The notes under the pieces are model-generated. The model was not told the origin of the DNA, ran no database searches, and was given only the letters and a program-made list of their open reading frames with translations. Positions 27,297 through 39,131 of a DNA stretch of 64,000 bases are shown one piece after another. This stretch comes from Octopus vulgaris (lineage: Eukaryota): positions 48,608,001 to 48,672,000 of the forward strand of contig OX597823.1 in NCBI GenBank assembly GCA_951406725.2, in the 5' to 3' direction. The position numbers and the translations under genes are program-made. How positions within the stretch are numbered: the first letter of the stretch is position 1; every line of letters starts with the position of its first letter.

Positions 27297-28421
27297 TGAG
27301 GTGATATCAAAAGGTTCCTGGAGTAGTTATGGTTAATAAAAATAAGCTTATTTACCTAAGTTTTAACATCATATCCTTCAAAGTAGTCACCTTGCGCAGC
27401 AATACTGTGGTGCTGGCATTCCCGCCACCTTTGGGATCCAGCCTGGAAATCATTTTCCATAAGCAAGTCGAAGACTTTCTGCAATTCACTCCGGATTTTG
27501 ACAATGGTGTTAAAACAGTGACCTGTGGGCTGTATTTTCATCTTGAGGAAGAGATGGAAGTCCACAGGTACTATATCTTTGAACAGGGCAGGTGTGGAAG
27601 TGATACCATGCTGTTTTTGGTGAGAAACTCAAGAGTGAGGGTGCATTGTCATTATGAAAAATCCAATTCTTTGTGCTCCACAGATCTTGTTGTTGTTGTT
27701 GTTATTAAGCAACAAGACGGGTAAGGGTGATTAGGTGATGATCTAGGGCTTAGGGGCGGGAGACCCCAGACCTTGGGAAAAAAAAAACTTTGGTCGTCTT
27801 GTAGTTGAGGGCTCTTCGTTGATGCCCAACACCACTGGGAGGTGGCCCTCGAAGTCGCTGGAAATGGAGATCTCCAGGTCCAAATTCTTGAATGGCCTCC
27901 ACAGATCTTGTCACTTTTACTGAATGTCCTCTCTCAAATGCTTCAAAACATCACAGTAGAACTCTCAACTAATGGTCTGGCCCTGGCGGATAAATTCTCG
28001 AAGCACAATACCACATTTCTGGTGATGACACTTGTGGCAGGTCTTCCAGATCACTCATCACCTCCTATGAATATTCTCCCACTTTTGAAGCATCAGTATC
28101 ACTCAAAACATTGCATACAACCCATGGCCTTGTCACTGAAAGCTTGCCAAAGTATGCTCAATGTCCCTGTAACAGACTTCCCAAGTTTAATGCAAAATAT
28201 CATGTTGGCTCTTTGTTCCTGTCCATCACAAAATCACAGACTACAGTATACACATGATCACAAAAGCACAAATTTCACAACTTGCAAAGTAAACACAGAG
28301 ATATCACACAACACTGCCTCGTGAAAGTCATTGCTCCACAGATCTTGTCACTTGTACTGTGTACACAACCATGTGCTGCCATGCTACAGAACTAGTCCGG
28401 AAACTTTTTGATAGCCCCTTG
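27297..28421 (-). mobile_element. Internally deleted mariner-family transposon with both TIRs
   Basis: TIRs tgaggtgatatcaaaaggttcctggagtagtt / aactagtccggaaactttttgatagccccttg. After removing the nested insert, the minus strand reads YCDVLKHLREDI...DLWSTKNWIFHNDNAP (mariner HDNA motif). Confidence 0.8.
27691..27896 (-). mobile_element. ~200-bp retroposed element with (CAA)n tail, copy 2, nested in mariner
   Basis: 15-bp TSD CTCCACAGATCTTGT at 27676-27690 and 27897-27911. Confidence 0.9.
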
Positions 28422-28891
28422 TGTGCGTGCGTGTGTGCATGTATATATGTATGTATGTATGTATACACATCGTCATCACTTTAACATTCATTTTCCATGC
28501 TGACACAGGTTGTGGTGTTTGACAGTATCCAGTGATCCACAGGGCTGCATCGAGTTCCAGTGTCAGCCTTGGCATGGTTTCTGTAGGTGGTGCCCTTCCT
28601 AATACCATGGGTCAGACAGTATTCGTTGAAGCAGATTTCTACAGCCAAATGTTTCCAAATAAGCTAATATTTTCCTATAACTAGACATGCTTTTCATGGA
28701 AGACTAGAAACAAAGAAACTCGCTTGTATGATGGTGATGATTGCTAATTTTTAACCATCACCTGATGTCTAGACAAAGGTGCACATACACACTTAAGTGC
28801 ACACACACACACATATATATATACATACATACAACAGACTTCTTTCATACATGTATGTATAAGTATTTCTCTCTCTCACTCTCTCTCTCTC

Positions 28892-28956
<65 letters not shown>

Positions 28957-29046
28957 TTATATATAAAGGGTAATCAGAAATATTAGAAATTTCCATTACT
29001 AGTGGCCTAGCATGTAAAACTTTAGTTAATACACTATATATTATAT

Positions 29047-29197
29047 AAATAGAGTGGACATTTAAACACATAAGAGGAATCCATCATAGGACTCCTTGCC
29101 TGGTAGAGAGAACAGTTAAATTCTAAATCACAGTGGTTCTCTCTAGCATGCAAGGAGTCCTATGATGGATGCCTCTTATGTGTTTAAATGTACACTG

Positions 29198-29202
<5 letters not shown>
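29047..29202. repeat. Foldback hairpin, ~67-bp arms with ~22-bp loop, between TA tracts
   Basis: 29047-29113 is an imperfect reverse complement of 29136-29202. Confidence 0.85.
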
Positions 29203-29235
<33 letters not shown>

Positions 29236-29267
29236 TTTATTTAAAAGCAGCAGAAATTCAACAAAAC

Positions 29268-29305
29268 CTGTTACTCAGAGTTTCACGTTTCCACTCATCG
29301 GACAG
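29268..29305 (-). ncRNA. Minimal hammerhead-ribozyme-like motif (variant core CCGAUGA)
   Basis: CTGT-CCGATGA-GTGGAAACGT-GAAA-CTCTGA-GTA-ACAG. Stem I is CTGT/ACAG, and stem III ACTC-T-GAGT is near-palindromic. Confidence 0.5.
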
Positions 29306-29651
29306 TTTTGTAAATATATATATATATATATATATATATTCAGACAGACAGATAGATTAATTGGTTAAAAGCCTTCTATACATGCATACACCACCCTGCT
29401 GCCTCTCGCTTTCTAATTTTTCTCCCATAGAACTGCATTCCCTGGCTCCTAAACCATTTTTATTCCTTATTTTCCCACCACTTTGCCTCCTTCCATATTT
29501 TCCCTTCATTTCTTTCCTTTCCTTTTCCTGATAAAGGGCTACCACCCAAAACACTACAGACTCTTAACTTTCCATTCAGACATTATACAAATCATGCCTT
29601 TGTTGAAACTTGTCCCTCTCATTTTCTCTTGTTCTTTTTTTCCTCATTATG

Positions 29652-29711
<60 letters not shown>

Positions 29712-30172
29712 GAGAAAGAAGCAACAAGAATGGATTGGTTTTTAGTACAATTGTTTCATACAAAGACAGGCTTTATTACAAGTTGCAAAAATTGCAGCAG
29801 ATAAAAGTGTCCCGTACTCATCAGCTGAAATACATTTGAGTTCTCTAGACATCTTAGTGGGTGAGGTTATACTCATGAAATTTTGGAGATAGTTCCATTA
29901 GAGGCAGATATAGGTTGTAAACAGTTTTCCAAAGTTCCTTAATGATGATGCACAGTCTTATCACAGATTTTTTAAAAACTTATTAGTTTCGAAGAGAAGA
30001 TGAATCAATCCATAGTGTAGATTTAAATTTCCAGAGATATGAGGAGGATGATGCACAGATATATGCATGCCAATATATTTGTATTAATACATATATGAGT
30101 GTCTATGTATATGTATGAATATGTTTCAGCACACAAACTCACATAAAGAATATTGCAAACCAAATGAATGTA

Positions 30173-30267
<95 letters not shown>

Positions 30268-30681
30268 ATGTATGTATGTATGTATGTATGTATGTATGTT
30301 TGTATGCATGTATGTATGCATGCATGTATGTATATGTAACTACACACATGCTGTTGGTGATTTCTTTTCCTTCTTTGAGTCTCTTCCTTTCTCCTTTCTG
30401 ACAAAGAGCTATGCACAGAAAAAAATAAATGCTCTCTTTTAACCGAATCTCAAACTGATACATTCCTTCTGTACACTCTCTTGTTGTTTGTTATTGTAAA
30501 TTTTATTGTTTGTTTATCTGAATTGATTGTATGTATGTATGTACATACATACGTTCATATGTATGTATTATATAAGGCAAATTCAAGTTCTCAAAGGAAA
30601 AAACAGGATAAACAACAGAAATATGGATCATATTAGATTGCAGCTCAGTGAAAGTTTCTGATGATAAAACAAGAGTAAGAA

Positions 30682-30714
30682 TATGATGTTTCAAGTATGA
30701 CTCTTCATCAGATA
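30682..30714 (-). ncRNA. Minimal hammerhead-ribozyme-like motif
   Basis: TAT-CTGATGA-AGAGT CAT ACTT-GAAAC-ATC-ATA. Stem II GAGT/ACTT and stem I TAT/ATA. Confidence 0.5.
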
Positions 30715-31391
30715 AAGGAAAAAATCCAGAGAAGAAGTAAAAGCGGACAGTGGGCAGTTCAAAGAAAAGCACATCACATGGCTCAATGAATAACTGACTG
30801 GGAGTTGGAGAAAGATTGAAAATATGGTTTTTGAAGACAGGAGAGTGCATAAATAGCAATCATATGTTTTGTAGGAGGGGTGAAATATGTGTGTGTGTGT
30901 GAATGTGTGTGAGTGTAGAATGTATGTGCGTGTATATGTTTTAGTATGTGTGTACGTGTATCTATGTACAATAGCGAGTTGTGAGTAGTATGTTTGTATG
31001 TGAATGTGTGTAAGTGCAGAGCTAACAGGTCAGTAACAGAAGAATGTAACAGTATTTTGTTATGGGCTCAAGAGATTGGGTGAAGTTTGTGAGTGCATGT
31101 GTGTTACTATGTGTGTGTATGTATATGTTCGTATGAGTGTGTGTGTATGCGTATATGTGTCTATGTATGTGTTCTTGAGCGTTTTGTAATGTCCACTTTT
31201 CCATGTTGGCATGGGTCAGACAAAATCTGCTGAGGCAGATTTTGTATAGCCTCATGCCCTTTCTGTCATCAACCCTCACCTGTTTCCAATTAAGGTAATT
31301 TTTTCCCCATGTCCAGACCTATGTATTTTCAGGCAACTAGATACACACACACACATGTAAATATACATATACACATATGGGTGTGTGTGTG

Positions 31392-31445
<54 letters not shown>

Positions 31446-33120
31446 AAATTAGAAAAAAACCCCACCTTTTATCAGTTCAAAATGAACAATTAAATTACAC
31501 CATCTAGAAAATTACATATAATAGAATTTTTTAATTCTAATTTTTTATATATATATTATATTGTGTGAAATTTGATTTAGTATTTCTAAATTGAATTTTT
31601 TTTCCTTTTAAGTTTTGATTTTATTCCCTCAAATAATAATTATATATATACATATATGCATATATATAGGTATAAAACATATAGAAAAAGACATGGTGAA
31701 AAGGAGTATATTTATAGAAGTTTTTAAAACGAGCATTTTTATATTTATAGATATAATTTAGAAATTCGTAGCATTTTTATGATGAATTTTTCTTTGTTAT
31801 TAACAACACCAAAATTTTAAAGAGAAAAACTGTGCTACAGAATTTCATTTTTAAGTATACTTCTTCATGAATATGTATATTTAACTATACTTAATCAGTA
31901 CAAAAACATTTTTTATCTCAACATGTATTTTGATCAAAAGAAATTACTTGATGAGAGATAAATAGATGAATTATTGTGATAATCAGCAATAAGGGGAAAC
32001 AAGCTTTCTAAAATAATAAATATTTATAAAAAAAAAAAGAAATAGAAACAACAGTTTTTTTTTTAAAGTAGTCTTTAAATGCATGGAAATAGCAATAATA
32101 ACTTTTAAAAATACAATGCTGATTTAATTAAAAAATAAAAAGCTAAAGAACACTCACATTAAAGTATGGCTTGTGTGTGCATGGTCACAAATAAAACTGC
32201 TACTGAATTGCAATTCAGCATCAAAAAATCATTGTTTCTATGAAATTTTCTTTGTCTGGATCAGTGTGATTTAATTGATTATATTTAGGTATTTAGTTAT
32301 TAATCTGATTCATCACTTAGATATAATAGTTTGATGAACTGAAATTAACATAATACTTTTGACTTAATTTACTTTTCCTTTTTACATCTTAAATTACTTC
32401 AATCAATCTTAACATTAAGAATAAAAATTCTATATTTAATTCAATGCATTGAAAATTTATTATGTTTCTAAATATAATAGTTTTACACCGAATTCATGAA
32501 ATAAGACATACATATTTTATATCAAATATAAATTTAAATTTAATTTTATGTTTAAAGTGTTTTACCATATCAGCTTCTTAAAAAAAAAGCAAAAATAAAT
32601 AATTATAAAAGAATGCTATTTAAAGAAAAAAATTCATGCCAAACCTAAAAGGAACATACAACATATAAAACTAAAATATTGATAATTATACCAACTTAAT
32701 CAGCAGATCTGGCATATAATTAAGGAGAAAAAAATGTTGGAAAAAGTTACATCTAAAAATTTCTTAATAGAAGAATAGTCAAATAGAAGTCAAAGAATTT
32801 GTTTGGTACTGAGATTTATGGGGAACTTATGGGAAATTAAAAGCCTTATCACAGACTAATTTTAAAATATCTCTGCTTTATAAATCACCATGAACAATTT
32901 TCTTTCGTGTCACGGAAGGGTTTCACTACTTAGATAATTTTGTCAATGCTCTTTATTTTCTTGACAATCACCTCTAAACATATTCACTGTTATGTAAGCA
33001 AAATACAGCACTTTTACCAAGAATTTTTTATTTCTAACATCATGTCAACTGCTAACACCAACAATTCCCAAAAGAAATTCATTTTTTCATCAACGACTAT
33101 CTTCACTGTATCATCTGTAG

Positions 33121-33608
33121 CAGTGGTTTGCAACTATTTTTTGTCTATAGACTGCTTTGATTCCTATTTTACTCAACTGGACACCCATATATATAAAAAA
33201 AACATTTTTATAGTACTTTTATAATTAAAGGTTATTAGGAATTGAATAAAAAAAATGAAAATATTTTGAGTATTGTAAAAATATATTCAGTTTATTACTA
33301 TTGTTATATTTCAGGATGGTCAATTCTTTCTTTTTTTCTTGCCGAATAATCACATGCTCTATATATTTGCTTTTCAAGAAAAATAATAAACAAGTGAAGA
33401 ACAAATACATAGTGCATGTGCTTATTTGGAAAATAAATAAATAAATAAAACATGACCATTCCAAAATATAATACCTACTTCAACACATAATTCCACATCA
33501 GGAATCTTGCAAAATAAATTCATAAATGTAACAATTTATTACTCAAAGTTAACAACAAAACCTTTGTGTGCTCCCAGGGCCCATATGGATCCCAGTTAAG
33601 AATCACTG
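33121..33608. mobile_element. hAT-like MITE containing a nested short foldback element (33302-33472)
   Basis: TIRs cagtggtttgcaac / gttaagaatcactg. Flanks ATCTGTAG / CTCTATAG. The inner arms match the 22001/47832 family but lack the ribozyme-like centre. Confidence 0.65.
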
Positions 33609-34789
33609 CTCTATAGGAATCCAAAAACTGAATAATGACTACAGAACAACAAATAACCTTTCCATTACATTACTTGATAGTTCTTATAATGCTCATGGAG
33701 ATCTAGAAATAGCAGCTAAATCTCTCACAAACCATACTCCAAAGTTTTAAATAATGTAATATATACCTGCAAAAGACAAGATGGTCATAGACCAGCGCAA
33801 TGAAGGTAATCTTGAAACTAAACAAACACCACCAAACTCATTAAAACTGCTAGAAATGCATCAAAATGATCTGAATTCTTTTCTATAACAAAACATGCTT
33901 CAAACCTGAGCAACATGCATTTTCTGTTTGTTTGTTTGTTTGTTTTGGTTTTGTCTTTTTGCAAAGCTTAAGTAGTACATATAATTATGGAGAAATGTTT
34001 CTATAGATGAGTTAGTGTATTCCTGTTGATAACAAGAATATAATTATACCTACTATTCAAAGGCAAAGCACGTTGATTAACAAATTTTCTCTTACGAAGC
34101 CATTTTCAGTCCTGACCTATCATTATGTTATGTGATCTTTCTATCTTCTCTGATATTATTATAATACTACTCTTCTAAAACTTCGCCACTTATAGCCAAC
34201 TCTACACATTATTAGAACTTATGTATTTCTCTTATATTGTACACTACATGAGGTCCTTTCTTTCAAAGATTTTTTTCATTCATCTATTGTCTCTACACAT
34301 TTTAATCTAAGCAAGTCATATTGTGCAGTGTATTTAGTAATACTCCTCAACTATGGAATTTAGTTTGAGAACAAAAAAAATAATAATTGCATTCATATAG
34401 AAGAGAATTAGAATTACAATTTTCCTTTTTATTTCTGAACAAAATAAGCAAGATCAGTCCAATAAGGTTTATAACGACTGAAAATAATAGAATTTAGAAA
34501 TATGAAATTCAGGAAAAAATCTCAGACAATGAAAGAAAATTTTATGGTGGTTAAGTTGTAATATGCTGTGAGGGACTGGGAGATGAGGCAATATTGACAT
34601 AAAGAATGATGGATCTAATAGTCTATGGTACATTAGTATGTTGCTTCTTAGTGCTGATGGAATGTGATGCTAGTGAGTGTTCTTAATGTGGATCTCCTTG
34701 CTTTCATTTTTTACAGTATTCTATGAATTTTAAGAATGCTGTGAAGGGGGTAATCTGTAGTATTTCTGTGTCTATGTTCCTGTGTATGG

Positions 34790-35185
34790 GAGGGTATATG
34801 TATGTGCATATTTATGTGTAAGTATGTGTTTGTATGTGTGTGTGTGTATATTTGTGTGTGCATATTTATGTGTGTGTATGTGCATGATTATATGTTTGTG
34901 TGTGGGTGTATTTGTGTGTATATTTGTGTGTGCATATTTGCATGTATATGTGCATGTTTATGTGTATTTGCATGTGTGTGTGCACACTTATGTTTGTGTA
35001 TGGGTGTGTTTGTGAGTATATTTGAGTATGTGTGTGTACATATTTGCATGTGTATGCATGTGTGTGTGTATTTGTATGCGTGCATATTTGTGCATATGTG
35101 TGCTTATTTGTGTGTGTGTATGTGCTTGTGTGTATATTTGTGTGTGTGCATGCATGTGCATGTGTGTGCGTATGTATGTGCATGT
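34790..35185. repeat. Degenerate (TG)/(TATG)/(TGCA) low-complexity tract
   Basis: Read directly from the sequence. Confidence 0.9.
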
Positions 35186-35722
35186 TTATAATGAGTTCAG
35201 AGTTGGTTGTATTGATGTTTTTTGGTATTGTTACTTAGAAGAAATATAATCAATTTGGTAGATATTACTTCTAAGCTGTTTGATCAGAGCTGGGATTCAA
35301 GTTGTTATGCTAATGTCTGGGAAATTGCTGAAAGGTTGGTTGGCATTGGAAGAAGGGTTCTGAGGTCGACTGGATATGAGGTTATATGTATATTTCCTGG
35401 AAATGTCAAGAAGTTAAGCGGGCATAGCATAATTCTTTACAGCATAATTTGGGGGAAATTACAGATTTTAGACATGTATTTAATGTAGTGATGGTAACCC
35501 AAGAGACAGCTTCCATACCAGTATTTTATGCTGTTTCTTAGGAGGATTTCTGACTGAGCAATAGGAAAATGCATAGTACACAGACAGCTGTATAGTACCC
35601 CATAAAATAAATTGTTGCATTTTGGAGTGTACAGCGGAATTCTCAGCTAAGCAAATAATATTGTTTGTGCAGTGCTGAACATAAAGAGAAAACTCAGTCA
35701 TTTCATATATATACATATTATA

Positions 35723-36400
35723 CAAGGTGCGATGGGTAAATTGTCGCCATATTATATTTTTTATTTTATACATGCACATTGTTTGTTTTTGATTTTGTCA
35801 ACTACACAGTATAGTAGGGACAGTTGGGTGCCATCTGTGAGAAAAACAGCACAATGATGCAATTTACTCTGCCAGAAATTTGGAAAAGACATGCTGTATT
35901 GCTTGGCATTCATGCCAAAAGCTCCAATAAGAACATTTCAGAGTGTTTGGGTGTCAATCTGAGGATGGTGCAGAGGATTCAGAAAAAGTTGGATCATAGT
36001 CTAATGGTGATTATGAAGGTACAGCAGCTTGCAAAATTCACTCTGATCATTCTGATAAGAAAAGAACTCCTGAATTTGTTGGTGCGATCTAGACCATGAT
36101 TGACAACGATCCCTTTTCTTATCAGGTAGATAGTGCATGAAGACATTCGGTATTCCTCATGCAAGATGAGAAAGGGCCAATTTTTATCCCAAGCCATCAA
36201 GGACAAGAGGAAAGATCGTGCTACAAAGCTTTTACACCAATTTGAGCATCCCCTCCAACCGAACATGCTTTGGTATTTCTCAAACAAGAAAAATTCCTGC
36301 CAGGATCAAATGGTGTACATACAGAACAACTTTTGGCTTGCTGTGTTCCCAAAAGATCTACTGAAGAACATCACACAGATTTGATCATTATAAGCAGATC
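35723..36400 (+). mobile_element. Truncated Tc1/mariner-superfamily transposon with frameshifted transposase
   Basis: TA-flanked end caaggtgcgatgggtaaattgtcgcc. HTH-like ISECLGVNLRMVQRI followed by WYFSNKKNSCQDQMVYIQNNFWLA (degenerate FSDEK...NxQNxR of DD37D/DD41D-like transposases). Confidence 0.75.
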
Positions 36401-36471
36401 AGTTGTACAGGTCATTTCAGCAAAGCACACATATGTTGTCTTCAACAGGAGAGTGCATTATATTTATATAT

Positions 36472-36650
36472 TGTTGTATTTCAGGATGGCCTTTTTCCAT
36501 TTTTAATTTTTTTGCTAAATAAATACACACATTATATATTTGTTCTTCACTCATTTATTACTGTTCTTATACTAACTCATGTCCATTGTCCAGATATCTT
36601 TCATCACACATCTGTGACTTCTTCAGCAACACTTTTATTTTACATGTGTA
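36472..36650 (-). mobile_element. Single arm of the foldback family, with intact hammerhead-like core at 36587-36631
   Basis: TGTTG-CTGAAGA-AGTCACA GATG TGTGAT-GAAA-GAT-ATC-TGGACA. Confidence 0.7.
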
Positions 36651-37047
36651 CTCTTGTTCCATTTACTCCATCCTGCACTTCTATGATGTGTATCCTTATG
36701 CGTTTGCATCCGTGTTTGTGTCTGTATGTATAAGTGTGTGTGTGTATGCTTGTGTGTTTGTCATTAGTCTTGGCAGCAGTATGGTCTTCCCCTCATCCCC
36801 TTCCTCTCACCCTGTTGTGCTGCTACTGTCCCCTAGGATCTGCAAATTTGGTACAGTTCCTGTATCTCTGTTCGTCCACGGTGTTGCCATTGTGGTAGTT
36901 GCTGTTGTTATAGCCATCTTTGTCACTGCCACTGCTGTTGTCATTGTTAGTCATGTTCTTGATACTGCTGCGGCCGTCTGTGAAGTTATAGTGTGTGTGT
37001 TTGTGTGTGTATATGGGTTCACTTCGTATGTTGTTTGTATCCATGCC

Positions 37048-37468
37048 CTTTACTCTTTTACTCTTTTACTCTTTTACTTGTTTCAGTCATTTGACTGCGG
37101 CCATGCTGGAGCACCGCCTTTAATCGAGCAACTCGACCCCGGGACTTATTCTTTGTAAGCCCAGTACTTATTCTATCGGTCTCTTTGCCGAACCGCTAAG
37201 TGACGGGGACGTAAACACACCAGCATCGGTTGTCAAGCAATGCTAGGGGGACAAACACAGACACACAAACATACACACACATACATATATATATATACAT
37301 ATATACGACAGGCTTCTTTCAGTTTCCGTCTACCAAATCCACTCACAAGGCATTGGTCGGCCCGAGGCTATAGCAGAAGACACTTGCCCAAGATGCCACG
37401 CAGTGGGACTGAACCCAGAACCATGTGGTTGGTAAGCAAGCTACTTACCACACAGCCACTCCTGCGCC
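37048..37468 (-). mobile_element. SINE family B, full-length young copy
   Basis: A-box-like tggctgtgtggt, B-box-like ggttcagtccc, internal microsatellite, 3' ggcggtgctccagcatggccgcag and (taaaagag)n tail. CpG-rich. Confidence 0.9.
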
Positions 37469-37539
37469 TATCTATGTTTTATTTATTATTATTTTTTTCC
37501 TCTATCTTTACCTCCCTTCTGTTTTTAGTCATGTGTGTG

Positions 37540-38560
37540 GCATGGTGGTGGGTGTTATTGTTCCATTCATGTTTCTATTGAGGCTCAGTTTGCCTACTAC
37601 TATGTGTGTAGCCTCTGTGATCTAAGTGTCATGTCAGTTCTATGTGTCGATAAGACTAACTTCAATGCTGTTATTCAAGCCTCCATGTTCTGCCTAAGCA
37701 TGAACTTTTGCCAGTGTTCACCTATATGCTCTCCTATGTTGCATGCGGTCTCTCCAATGTACATAGTTGTCATGTTTCTGCACCATCCCTCAGTACATCA
37801 TAATCTATACACTATATTCTTAACCTTACAGTTAACCCATGGGTTCATCCTACAAACAACACATATTGTTCTCCATACATGGGGACTTATCAAAGGTATA
37901 GGTTCTACAGATCAGGGATTTTATAGGGGTACCAGGCCTTTCTACTACTTTAATTCATAGATTAGCCTTACTTAATGTTTTTCTAAAAAGGTATGCTAGT
38001 TCGCCACCAGGGGTAACATCGATGAACATGATGCCCTGGTATTTTTTGTTGACATACCAAGAGTTGATCTTATCTATCTTATTTCTGGTCCTTTCTGTGC
38101 TGCTCTCTATGATGGCTACGTACTTAGTGTTGGCTTCTTTGTACACTCTAATGTGTGTATTTCCAGTTCCATAGGGTCACACATGTGAGACACATTCCTC
38201 ATCACTCTCACCAAGTCAGCTATAAGAATTTTGAAATTGGCATTGCCCGCAATCACTGCATTCTTGTGAACAAGTTACTTACTAGGCGATGCATTTGGCA
38301 TAATGAGAGTGAAGGATCTGGACCTTACCATTCCTAGTTTCTAGCCAGAGATTTCTGTCTAAAATGGGTAACCAATAGTTTAGGTGCTTACTAGGGTAGT
38401 CTATCATTATTTCAATACTCTAGTGGATGGAGTTAGCTATTTGATGGATGCTCTCCATAGAGTTAGCTTCTAGATCATCAACATTGTTTTGTAAGGGTGC
38501 TTTGGCTACTATGTTGATATCATCCTTCTAGCGGGAGTACATGGTTAGGTTTTATGAAGT
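37540..38560 (-). mobile_element. Decayed Penelope-like retroelement: RT C-terminal half + GIY-YIG endonuclease
   Basis: Minus-strand translation across stops and frameshifts: MYSR*KDDINI (RT YxDD motif), IANSIH..DYPS..LPILD, MFIDVTPGGELA, IKVVERPGTPIK, CVVC..NCKVKNIVYRL*C...MYIGETACNIGEHIGEH. Confidence 0.85.
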
Positions 38561-38566
38561 TCATAA

Positions 38567-38606
<40 letters not shown>

Positions 38607-38611
<5 letters not shown>

Positions 38612-38746
38612 TTTATTATATAGAAGGAGCTTCTACAGGACTAGAACTGTTTCATTCAAGAGAAATCTTCAGGAAGCTTCCTGAAGATTTCTCTTGAATG
38701 AAACAGTTCTAGTCCTGTAGAAGCTCCTTCTATATAATAAATTAAT
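38607..38746. repeat. Perfect 140-bp spacerless palindrome with a hammerhead-like core on each strand
   Basis: Centre AAG|CTT at 38676/38677, with 70-bp arms fully complementary. The plus arm 38681-38714 reads CTGAAGA-TTTCTCTTGAAT-GAAAC-AGTTCTA-GTC. Confidence 0.9.
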
Positions 38747-38806
38747 TTTACTCTGCTATGTATTGAGTACCTTATTTACTGTGGTTAACCCCGAATCAAC
38801 CCGGGA

Positions 38807-38845
<39 letters not shown>

Positions 38846-38856
38846 ATATTTATATT

Positions 38857-38956
38857 TATATATAAAATTAAATAAGGGTAGAAATTGATATTAATCAATT
38901 TTAATTGGTTTTAATTGATTAATATCAATTTCTACCCTTATTTAATTTTATATATA
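38857..38956. repeat. Inverted repeat, perfect 44-bp arms with 12-nt loop
   Basis: 38857-38900 pairs with 38913-38956. Confidence 0.9.
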
Positions 38957-39131
38957 CACACACACACGCACACACATATATGCATTGTGAAATTGAAACT
39001 AAAACCAAATGGTTGTAAAGAGAGCTTCTTAACCACACAGCCATGTCCACACCTATTTTTTTGTTTTTGTTATTAGTCCATTTCAAATTTTTGAAATAAT
39101 ACTTTTGCTCCCTTTTGATTTTACTGTAGAT

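Noticed and set aside
29790-29828. CTGATGAG on the minus strand suggesting another hammerhead
   Set aside because: No GAAA follows the putative stem II. At best a decayed relic.
36586-37158. 190-aa hydrophobic ORF
   Set aside because: It spans a foldback arm, TG-rich low-complexity sequence and a SINE tail. No splice or domain support.
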